Origin: Macrostomum lignano
Taxonomy: Eukaryota
DNA length: 64,000 nt
Assembly: GCA_002269645.1 (NCBI GenBank)
Contig: NIVC01000746.1
Location: forward strand, 372,001-436,000
Reading direction: 5' to 3'
Shown here: piece after piece, positions 1-8,687 of the stretch
Position numbering within the stretch: position 1 is the stretch's first letter
How the letters are laid out: the number at the start of each line of letters is the position of its first letter
The notes under the pieces: model-generated
What the model was told of the DNA's origin: nothing
Database searches by the model: none
Seen by the model: the letters and a program-made list of their open reading frames with translations, nothing else
Program-made: the position numbers and the translations under genes

Positions 1-141
1 CCATTGATTGTCTTGAAAGCCAGCCATCCGTTCAATTTGACAATCCCTACGAGGAAACTCCATACACCCATGAGTACAGCTACTCCTACTGCTACTACTA
101 CGAGTATCACAAGGAGGTCCAAGCACGCAAAAACGTTTCAG

Positions 142-268
142 GCCCGAATTCACCGCTGCCCTGGTCGTTGCGTAATAAAGCGTTTATCCTGAATATGACG
201 GGAGCCGGGGAGGTATTCTGCGGTACTAACAATGGCACCGGCAGTCCCGTGGATCCAGTGGAGACAAG
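142..268 (+). CDS. DEG/ENaC (amiloride-sensitive sodium channel family) internal exon
   Basis: Acceptor tttcAG at 140-141 and donor GTAAGT at 269. Open frame PNSPLPWSLRNKAFILNMTGAGEVFCGTNNGTGSPVDPVET ends in phase 2 (AG), which joins A340 to give Arg in frame with the next exon across a 71-nt intron (269-339). Confidence 0.6.
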
Positions 269-339
269 GTAAGTCTGTTTTAACATGCTGTCATGAATGA
301 AAAATGCATAAGAACAGAAATTTCTGCGCGGCATTGAAG

Positions 340-883
340 ATTTGGTGAGGTGGCTCTGGAAGCCTGCCGGGGTCGCGACCGCTGCAAGCTGCTGCAGTAT
401 GACGCGACCATCTCCAGCGCCGACTGGCCCGCTCCATCATCGCTCAGCACCTACCTGGGGACCACCGTGGCCGCTGCCAGAGCCTCGGCCGTCGGCCGGG
501 GTCTCTCGGTTCCCGCGCTCGACTTTCTGGTCAGCAACGCCAGCAGTGCAGACGCGGCCGCCTACGTGCGATCCAACCTGCTGAAGCTGCAGATCCGACC
601 GAGCCGAGTGCAGTGCGACCGCCTCATCTACGCCGTCGACTACGGCCTTGAGAACTTCATTGCCGATGTAGGCGGCATCTTGGGCATCTACCTGGGCATG
701 TCGCTGCTCACCGTGTGTGAGCTCATCGAGCTCATCGTCGATGTAGCGAGGCTCGGCGTCGGCAAGGGCGACTCGAAGGACCGGCAGGCCGACAGACCGC
801 GCACGGCCAGGGTGGAACCGGAGAGCGGCACGGCGGACGACGTTGCGGCTTCAGAAAATAACACTGGCGGGAAAGCTGCTTAG
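340..883 (+). CDS. DEG/ENaC family ion channel, terminal exon (end of thumb, beta-strands, TM2, cytosolic tail)
   Basis: ORF 350-883 extended to the acceptor gaAG at 338-339. Shows the Cys-x-C-x-Y-x-S-x-WP pattern (CRGRDRCKLLQYDATISSADWP) and TM2 FIADVGGILGIYLGMSLLTVCELIELIV with the GxS filter (GMS), typical of DEG/ENaC. TAG stop at 881-883. Confidence 0.9.
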
Positions 884-901
884 GATTTGTCGGATTTGAT
901 G

Positions 902-907
902 AATAAA
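902..907 (+). terminator. Candidate polyadenylation signal of the DEG/ENaC gene
   Basis: AATAAA 18 nt after the stop codon, followed by T-rich sequence. Confidence 0.35.
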
Positions 908-2115
908 ATTTCGAGCATAGAATTTGCAAGATTTTTTCAAACTTTTGGATTTAAGCACATGGTTTACATCTTTTTAATAGATATTGACTGTCCGAACGTG
1001 ATTTCTTTGTTGTTCCTGTGTAAAAGTTTTATTTTAGGTCAAAACTTAGTCAAAATACTTTAAGCTGCATATCTTTATATATGATCATTTAATACAAAAA
1101 GCAATAAACTTGTTTGTCGTTTCTTGATAACTCTATGTATGTATATTCCGTTTGTTCAAAATTTTAAATTATTAGAGTACCAATAACCAGAACTATCAAG
1201 TACCGGTTTTTTACATTTTTGTAAGTCAAATCTCACTTTAAATAGTAAATTATAACAAATAATTGCACACAAGTAGTGTTGCAACCGTTTCAATAAGTAT
1301 TCTATTACAATTGTGTTATAGTAAAAAATATATGAATTGTACGAGTACTAGTGTATTATTTTCTCATCTCATGTTATATATTTATTTGCAAATCTTCGTT
1401 GATTGTTTTGAAGAAAATTTATTTATTGTTCAAAATTATTTATTCTTCATACAGTGATAAAGTGTATTCCTATGTGTTTATATTATAGTGTATTTTGCTG
1501 CGAGTTTTTTTCTGAGAAACTACTGTATTTTAAGCTTGCGCCAATTTTGTTTTATTAAAATGATTTTAAAAATATTCAACCAGTAAAATTTGTTAAAAAC
1601 TTGTTCGAAATATAGTTTAAATGCAAGGCTAAATCAGAGCGAAGAATCACATTCTCCCTCCCCCAACTCTCGGAGTCAATCTCTTGAATTTGGTTTTTCA
1701 GTCTGTTACTCTCGAGACACAAGACCTTTGGAAATACGCTCGTAAGAAACCACAGTATTGTGAGAAAATCCATTATACTAAAAATCAATACTCAAAGTGA
1801 AATTTTTCCTAATTTGTTTTTCTTAAAAATCAAAGCATCAGGAGGATCGATAACCGTTAAGAAACTAAAACTATCTCAGAAGTAGTTGTAAGCTAAGCGC
1901 CTTAAGCAGTATAAACCGCCTATTATAGCCGCGTGACCCTCTGTTCCTGGAAAACGCCCGAACAGAGATATCAAAGTCTCTTATAGGAGCAACTACATGT
2001 ATTAAACGCATTATAGCAGATAAGAACGAATAAAGACAGTGCCATACAACCGCTCAGGTCAGAGATTCATACACTACCAGTGAATATGTATACGCTACCA
2101 ATGAATATACATTAA

Positions 2116-2724
2116 TAGGAAGGCAAAATTAACATTAATTTAATTTAATTGAACGACGCGTTTCGCACGATAATGTGCATCTTCAGGTTTATTTTTGAGC
2201 GAAAGAAACGAGTGGGATCGGCAGTAAACAAATACAGAATTTTTGGGGTGTAAATATTTCAATCAATATTTGAAGTACATGTTTGTTGCTGGTCCAAAAG
2301 TCGAAATCCTTCTCAACTTTTCAAAAATAAAATCTGCAAACTATTCCGCAACTCGCTTAATTGCAACATCCGTGTCATCTTTCGTTCAGCTAAGGTTGGC
2401 AACTTTGTCGGTCGGTTGAAGTCACGTGTTCCCTGTGCTCTGTGTTCTGTGTTCTGAGGGAGGGGACACTGGATGTACATTATATACTTCTAGCTCGTAC
2501 CCTCGTATCGCTATCATTCCGTCCCTGGACTTTGCCTCTCGACTTTTGGACCAACAAACATGTACTTCAAATATTGATTGAATTTAAACCCCAAAAATTT
2601 TGTTTTTATTTACTGCCGATCTCACTCGTTTCTTTCGCTCAAAAATAAACCTGAATTGATGCACAGTATCGTGCGAAACGCGTCGTTCAATTTAATTAAT
2701 TTAATGTTGATTTTTGCCTTCCTA
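2116..2724. mobile_element. Foldback/MITE-like non-autonomous DNA transposon
   Basis: About 185-bp imperfect inverted arms (2116-2304 vs 2539-2724), e.g. aattgaacgacgcgtttcgcacgata / tatcgtgcgaaacgcgtcgttcaatt, around a non-coding spacer of about 235 bp. Ends are TA|GGAAGGCAAAA ... TTTTGCCTTCC|TA, consistent with a TA target duplication. Confidence 0.8.
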
Positions 2725-2789
2725 TATTTGCATCGTACTTGCCAAGCGAGCAACTTTACCTGAATATAGATTACACTACCAATAAGATA

Positions 2790-2816
2790 TGTCTGTCTGT
2801 CTGTCTGTCTGTCTGT
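2790..2816. repeat. (TGTC)n tetranucleotide microsatellite
   Basis: tgtctgtctgtctgtctgtctgtctgt. Confidence 0.9.
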
Positions 2817-3360
2817 ATACACTGTGTATGGTACCAGCTGTACATGTGCATGAAATATGTAGTGAGTCGCTAGTTTAGTTAGGCGCCGCACTAGTCAGCT
2901 GTTGCCCTCGCCCTCGCCCCAGGCTCCTGTCTGCCGCTGGGCAGTTGCCTGTCCCTCCTCGCCTGTCATCCCGCCTGTCCTTTGCCCGTTTGCCTGTCCG
3001 TCTGTTTGTCCTCGTTTGCCCCTTTTGTTTCGTTTTCCCCTTTTGCAGTGCCCAGACAGTCTGGTCTGGCCTGCCTCTGTTTCGTTCTCTGTCAGGCATC
3101 TCCAAATTTGGAGTGCTATCCTGTTTTTCCGGTCCCACGGTCACGAGTGCCTTCACTTGTGGACCTTCTTCCTTCTTTAGTCCAAAGTGCAATGATTTCA
3201 TCATTGTACGCTGGGCTCGCGTTTATGGGGAGATCACGTGCGCCCGGACCCCCTTGCCTCCTCTGAGGCAGGACCCGCTTGTTTGTTGCTAAATATAGTA
3301 ACAGAGTCACCCATGACTCTCAGCGGGGGTCTTTCGTGCTATGGTGCAATCGATCCTCTC

Positions 3361-3525
3361 TGTAAGATGGTTTGCTTAGTTGATTGCGTGTGCGCACGTT
3401 CACTAGCTCTTATGTACATTTGCTCGCTGCACAATGATAATATATAAGTGAATGCCTTGGCGCACTGGGCAGCCAAGAGTCGGTCTACGCCTTAAGCCAA
3501 TTTCTCGTTTTCGCTTGTTCTTACA
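3361..3525 (+). repeat. 5' LTR (165 bp)
   Basis: Starts TGTAAGA and ends TCTTACA (7-bp inverted termini). No differences from 8485-8649 seen by eye. Contains TATATAA. Confidence 0.95.
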
Positions 3526-3526
3526 T

Positions 3527-3538
3527 TGGTGGCAGCGG
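3527..3538 (+). promoter_or_regulatory. Primer binding site, probably tRNA-Leu
   Basis: TGGTGGCAGCGG, 1 nt after the 5' LTR, is complementary to ...CCGCUGCCACCA-3'. That matches the 3' end of eukaryotic tRNA-Leu(AAG)-type tRNAs as recalled, not searched. Confidence 0.7.
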
Positions 3539-3543
3539 CGGCT

Positions 3544-4386
3544 ATGACTGAAAATGAAGGCAGTGCAGAGAGCCCTACAGTGGCGGTGACTCAGCCCCAA
3601 GCTAGTTTTGTCAACATGTTTTTGCGGCCGCCTCAATACCAGCATGGACAAGACTTTGAACTTTGGCTGGCACGATTCAACAATTTCGCATCATCTCTTC
3701 CTGTGGATCAGCGCAAGAATGCTCTGCTGTCATTCCTCGACGACAAATCATATCAAGCGGCCAACAATTTGGATGCTGCCCTGTCCTACGACGACTTTGA
3801 GAAGGCTCTGAAAAATAGATTTCGGCCATCAACATCCTCTGCTGAGCTGCAGGCGCAGTTCTTCAATCTGACTCAAAAGGACGGTCAGTCGGTTGCAGAC
3901 TATTCCGATGCCCTGATCGTTGCGGCAAAGCGTGCGTTCCCGAGTCTGATGGAGACGAAAGCAGGTGCCGAGCAGGAGACGTCGGTGACAGCGAAGGACG
4001 AGCTTCTCAAAGGTCGGTTTCTATCCGGATTGAGGGACCCAGCTGTGCGAATGCAGACGCAGATGCAGCCAAAGGCGACATTCGCTGATACAGTTGAAAC
4101 AGCGCGATTCGTGGAATCGATACAGTCGCAAGGAGGCACCGCTACGGCTCTAGCTGCTGAGGTTCCCGAAGCCTTTGCAGTCGGAATTCAACGGTCCCTG
4201 AAGGAGCTGTCCAACAAGCTCAGCCGCTGGGAGTCAAAGGACCAGGATCATCGTCAGAGCGGCGACAGACGCAGAGTTGTGACATGCTGGAAGTGCGGTA
4301 AGCCGGGCCATGTTCAAAGATTTTGCACTCAGAAGTCGGGAAACTTCGATGGAGCGGCGACCGCCGGGGTGCCGTTCCGCAAGTGA
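3544..4386 (+). CDS. gag: Gag polyprotein of the Gypsy element
   Basis: ORF 3526-4386, first ATG at 3544. Capsid-like region (FELWLARFNNFA...LLSFL...AQFFNLTQKDGQSVADY...RFLSGL) and C-terminal zinc knuckle CWKCGKPGHVQRFC. Confidence 0.92.
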   Translation: MTENEGSAESPTVAVTQPQASFVNMFLRPPQYQHGQDFELWLARFNNFASSLPVDQRKNALLSFLDDKSYQAANNLDAALSYDDFEKALKNRFRPSTSSAELQAQFFNLTQKDGQSVADYSDALIVAAKRAFPSLMETKAGAEQETSVTAKDELLKGRFLSGLRDPAVRMQTQMQPKATFADTVETARFVESIQSQGGTATALAAEVPEAFAVGIQRSLKELSNKLSRWESKDQDHRQSGDRRRVVTCWKCGKPGHVQRFCTQKSGNFDGAATAGVPFRK

Positions 4387-7300
4387 GAATCCCGGCGCAA
4401 CCAGTCGTAGAGGTGTCCTGCTCAGCCACTGGTGCCAACATGCTGGTAAACTGTCGCATCCTGCCAATGTGTGTCCCTGCCAGCTGTCTAGTTGACACTG
4501 GGTGTTCCCAGTCTTTGATGTCAAGTTCCCTGTTTCGCAAGCTGAATGAGAGGCTCCTGCCTTTGACCACTCCGGTGCAGTTGAAGCTGGCAGACGGTAA
4601 CTATTTGGCTGCCTGTGGTTGGCAGGAAGTGCAGCTAAGTTTCGGTGTGGCAACGGTTCGACAAAGAGTTTTAGTTGTCGACAATCTGGCCAAGGATTTT
4701 TTGCTGGGTGCAGATTTCCTGGCAAACTGTGGCTGCGTCATCGACTGCAATCGCCAAACGCTCACTGTGTGCGGTCAGCAAGTAAAAATGGAGTCATCGG
4801 CAGCAAGTAGCTGTGTATTCGCCGTTGAGGTAGCAGACAGGACAACCGTGCCCGCTGGTCACGAAATCGTCTTTCCAGCGAGATTGGCAAGTGAGTCAGA
4901 TGCAGCTGTTGATGGTGAGTGCGGCATTTTTGAGCCTGACAATTCGAAGGACATCTCCACGGTCATGTGTGGAGCGCGCAGCCTCTCGGTGTTGCGAGGA
5001 GGACTCATCGCCGTTCACTATGTCAATACGGACACCAAGCCGCATACATTTTACCCCGGAACAAGACTGGGGACTTTTGAGCCGATGTCAGATGGTGCCG
5101 ATGCAGAGTTGTCAATGCAAGCTGAGACAGTGAAAGGTCAAATCGCCGAGTATGTACCAAATGTGCACATTGATGAGAAAAATCTTACAGCCAATCAAGT
5201 TCAGTGTGTCAAAGATCTTCTGCATCAGTACCAGGATGTGTTCTCGAAAAGTCCAAACGACCTGGGCTGCACTTCACTCCTTGACCACAAAATTGACACC
5301 GGGTCGGCGAAACCTATCAGAGTGCCTCCTCGTAGATTGTCGCCGCCGAATCAGCGAGCTGTGTCAGAGATGGTCGAGCAGATGGTGAGAGACGACATCG
5401 TAGAGCCTTCGAATTCTCCGTGGTCGAGCCCGGTCATTCTGGTGAAGAAGAAGGACGGCAGTTTGCGCTTCGTGAACGACTTCAGACTGCTCAACTCCGT
5501 GACCGTCAAAGACAGTCATCCACTGCCTCACACCAGCGATCTGATCGATGCTCTCGCAGGATCCACAATGTTCTCAACGCTCGACTTCACTAGCGGGTAC
5601 ACCCAGGTGATGCTGGACTCAGAGAGTCGCGCAAAAACAGCATTTCCTGCGCCACAAGGATTATTCCAGTACAAGAGACTACCGCAAGGTGTGTGCAATG
5701 GTCCTGCCACGTTTTCAAGGCTGATGGAACTCGTTCTGAAGGGCCTCCGATGGGAAGTGTGCCTGTCATTTCTTGACGACGTTGTCATCTTTTCGAAAGG
5801 ATTCGAGGAGCATCTGCGGCGTCTTGAGCTTGTGTTGCAGAAATTCAGAACCGCTAACCTGAAGTTGAAGCCGACCAAGTGCCACTTGTGCTATCAGGAG
5901 ATCTCATTTCTTGGCTTTCGAATCTCAAAAGATGGCGTGACCACTGACCCGGACAAGGTGAAAGCAGTGCAGGAGTGGCCAACGCCCGAAGATCGTTCAG
6001 AAGTGCGACAATTCCTGGGGTTATGTGGCTACTATCGTCATTTCGTTAAAAACTACAGTGAGATTGCTGAACCGCTGTACAAGCTAACGCAAAAGGACGT
6101 GACCTTCAGCTGGACTCTCGAATGCTCAGCAGCATTTAATCGCCTAAAGCAGTGCCTTACTTCCAGCCCAGTCCTCATCATGCCGACATTCGCAGAAGAC
6201 GCTGAGTTCGTGCTAGATACCGATGCCTCTGGCGTGGCCATCTCCGGAGTTCTTCAAGAGCGCCGTGGTGGCAGGACGCAGGTGGTGGCGTACGGCAGTC
6301 GCATTCTGTCCAAAGCAGAGAGAAATTACTGCACAACGAGGCGTGAGCTGCTGGCAATTGTGCACTTCGTCGGTCACTATCGCAGCTACTTGTTAGGAAA
6401 AAGATTCACACTACGTACTGATCACGCCTCGCTGATCCATCTTCTGCGCTTTCGAGATCCCGATGGTCAGCTGGCACGGTGGCTGGATAAGCTAAGCGAA
6501 TTCGACTACCAGACGGAGTATCGCAAGGGCGAGAAACATGGAAATGCAGACGCACTTAGTCGGCGACCGTGTCGAAAAGGACCTTGCCTGTGCAGTGGCT
6601 CTGCGCTCGCTGTCGAGTTCAATGACGACAGCGCGATTCGACGAGCACAGGCAGAGGATCAGTGCATGCAGAAGCTGGCGAACTGCTTGCGAGATGGGCA
6701 ACCACCGGATAAGGCAGAGACGGACGGCTGGAGCAATCGGCAGCGGCAACTGCTGTCCGAGTTTAAGCGGCTGACACTGGTGAACGGACTGCTGTGCCGC
6801 CGATGGGAATCCGAAGATGGCAGCGCCTTTTGTCAGCAGCTGCTGGTGCCAGAGAGTCTACAGCGCGATGTTTTTGTCGAAGCTCATGCTGGAACGAGCG
6901 GCAGCCACTGCGGACCGCAGAAGACCATTGAAAAGATCAGGGCGCGACTCTACTGGCCTGGAATGACAGCAGATGTGACTGACTGGTGTGCTGCGTGCCT
7001 CGAATGCGCGACACTGAAAGATTCTGGCCAGCACAGGCGGGCACCTCTACAGAGCATGGCGGTCGGCAGCGTTGGCCAGCGACTGGAAATGGACTTCATG
7101 GTGGGCCTGCCGAGGACCGATCGTGGAAATTCAGTCATCCTGGTAGTCATCGACACCTTCAGCAAGTGGACTGAGGCCTTTCCACTGCCGTCTCAAGACG
7201 CTGAGACCACAGCCCGGACGTTTGTCAACGAGTGGGTGGCTCGCTTTGGAGTCCCGCAGTCGGTGCACACCGACCAGGGTCGAAACTGGGAGTCACAGCT

Positions 7301-7535
7301 GTTTCAAGAGACGATGCGGCTGCTGAAAATCGACAAGACTCGGACGACAGGCTACCACCCTGAAGGAGACGGCGGTTGCGAACGGATGAACCGGACACTG
7401 GTGCAGCTGCTGCGAGCATGGGTGAACGAGAATCAGCGAGACTGGGATCTTCATCTGCAGATTGCACTGATGGGCTACCGCACTTCAGTCCACAAGTCGA
7501 CTGGTCAGACACCTTCGGCGATGCATTTCGGCCGG
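4323..7535 (+). CDS. pol: Pol polyprotein (aspartic protease, reverse transcriptase, RNase H, integrase core); probably expressed as Gag-Pol via frameshift at 4338-4344
   Basis: Protease LVDTGCS; RT PWSSPVILVKKKDGSLRF, LPQGVCNGPATF, FLDD; RNase H LDTDAS...ELLAIV...TDH; integrase H-H-C-C zinc domain plus D (MDF), D (HTDQG), E (GCERMNRTL). The ORF formally runs to 7760, but homology leaves this frame after HFGR at 7535. Confidence 0.95.
4338..4397 (+). promoter_or_regulatory. -1 programmed ribosomal frameshift signal (slippery heptamer plus H-type pseudoknot)
   Basis: G_GGA_AAC (4338-4344) in the gag frame, then a 6-nt spacer. Stem 1 GGAGCGGC (4351-4358)/GCCGUUCC (4371-4378); stem 2 CGCCGGG (4362-4368)/CCCGGCG (4391-4397). 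pol is in the -1 frame relative to gag. Confidence 0.88.
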
Positions 7536-8284
7536 AACTGCGACTACCACTGGACTTGGCATACGGAGGTCTGGCGCCGGATAGGCAACGTCCTTGTGAA
7601 TGGGTGGCCGAGCTGCGGAGCCGGCTGCAGACATCGCACGAAAGGGCGCGACAAAACTTGGAGGCAGCGCAACTGCACCAGAAGGCAGCGTACGACAGGA
7701 GGTGCCACGGCGAGGCATTCAGCGAGGACGATCTGGTCTGGCTGCACAATCCGGCGCTGAAGCGAGGCGAGAGCCGAAAATTTCATCGATGGTGGACTGG
7801 GCCATGGCGCGTTAAAAAGCAGATCTCAGACGTCACCTACCGCATTCAGCACGAGGCCAATGCACGACGGCGAAGGGTGGTGCATTTCAATCGCATGAAG
7901 CCATGCAACACGGCCAGTCCAGCTGCAGCACCTCAATTGCAACCAGCGGCGCAACTGCACAATCCTGACGAGGACGACCTGAGATTTGACGGCGTCCCAG
8001 CCGGCGCCCCAGCCGGCGCCCCAGCCGGCGTCCCAGCCGGCGCCCCAGCCGGCGTCCCAGTCGGCGCCCCAGCCGGCGTCCCAGTCGGCGCCCCAGCCGG
8101 CGCCCGCGGCGCCCCAGCCGGCGCCCCAGTCGGCGCTCCGGTCGGCGCCCCAGCCGGCACCCCAATCGGCGCCCCGGTCGGCGCCCCTGCTGATGTTCCA
8201 GAGCATCCAGAACAGCCTGTATTGCGCCGAAGTGAGAGGGCCCGTGCCCCGCCAGAATTTTTTGGTGAAGTGTATACTCATTGA
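7535..8284 (+). CDS. pol: Integrase C-terminal part (GPY/F domain and low-complexity tail), separated from pol by a 1-nt frameshift
   Basis: QTPSAMHFGR continues as ELRLPLDLAYG...AAYDRR...WWTGPWRVKKQISDVTYRI...VVHFNRMKP in the -1 frame. The sequence CGGAAC lacks one G. Ends with LRRSERARAPPEFF and stop TGA at 8282-8284. Confidence 0.88.
   Translation, partial: ELRLPLDLAYGGLAPDRQRPCEWVAELRSRLQTSHERARQNLEAAQLHQKAAYDRRCHGEAFSEDDLVWLHNPALKRGESRKFHRWWTGPWRVKKQISDVTYRIQHEANARRRRVVHFNRMKPCNTASPAAAPQLQPAAQLHNPDEDDLRFDGVPAGAPAGAPAGVPAGAPAGVPVGAPAGVPVGAPAGARGAPAGAPVGAPVGAPAGTPIGAPVGAPADVPEHPEQPVLRRSERARAPPEFFGEVYTH
7991..8190 (+). repeat. 12-bp in-frame coding minisatellite (GGCGYCCCAGYC) encoding (G-A/V-P-A/V)n in the integrase tail
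   Basis: About 16 units, translating GVPAGAPAGAPAGVPAGAPAGVPVGAPA... Confidence 0.9.
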
Positions 8285-8468
8285 ATGCAGATTTTCTTAG
8301 ATATTTTTTTTTTGAAACACTGACATTGCTTAAGTTCATTTTAATTTCCACTTTTATTTCCCTCAAATATTTTTTCGTTCAAATATTCGATCAGAATTCG
8401 TCGAACTCATACTCGTAACTTTTTTTAACACAACAAAAAATGCAGAAAGTGAGTGGAACACTTTTTTT

Positions 8469-8481
8469 GAAAGAAGGAGAG
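8469..8481 (+). promoter_or_regulatory. Polypurine tract
   Basis: GAAAGAAGGAGAG, 3 nt before the 3' LTR and preceded by a T run. Confidence 0.85.
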
Positions 8482-8484
8482 CAT

Positions 8485-8649
8485 TGTAAGATGGTTTGCT
8501 TAGTTGATTGCGTGTGCGCACGTTCACTAGCTCTTATGTACATTTGCTCGCTGCACAATGATAATATATAAGTGAATGCCTTGGCGCACTGGGCAGCCAA
8601 GAGTCGGTCTACGCCTTAAGCCAATTTCTCGTTTTCGCTTGTTCTTACA
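8485..8649 (+). repeat. 3' LTR (165 bp)
   Basis: Same sequence as 3361-3525 by eye; followed by TSD TCTC. Confidence 0.95.
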
Positions 8650-8653
8650 TCTC

Positions 8654-8687
8654 TATAAAGGCAGCCCCTCTCATGGCTTGGCTCAGA
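8654..8687 (+). promoter_or_regulatory. Candidate TATA box plus initiator of the sequence interrupted by the Gypsy element
   Basis: TATAAA at 8654-8659 abuts the TSD. TCAG at 8683-8686 places the A 31 nt downstream of the TATA start. Confidence 0.4.

Larger units (their letters stand above)
3361..8649 (+). mobile_element. Full-length Ty3/Gypsy LTR retrotransposon, very recent insertion
   Basis: Two 165-bp LTRs (TGTAAGA...TCTTACA), 4-bp TSD TCTC (3357-3360 and 8650-8653), PBS, PPT, gag with CCHC knuckle, and pol in the Gypsy order PR-RT-RNaseH-IN. Confidence 0.97.

Noticed and set aside
4830-5090. dUTPase domain between protease and RT
   Set aside because: The beta-rich spacer has only a faint resemblance (TTVPAGHEIVFPARL; HTFYPGTRLGTF), and the catalytic dUTPase motifs are absent.
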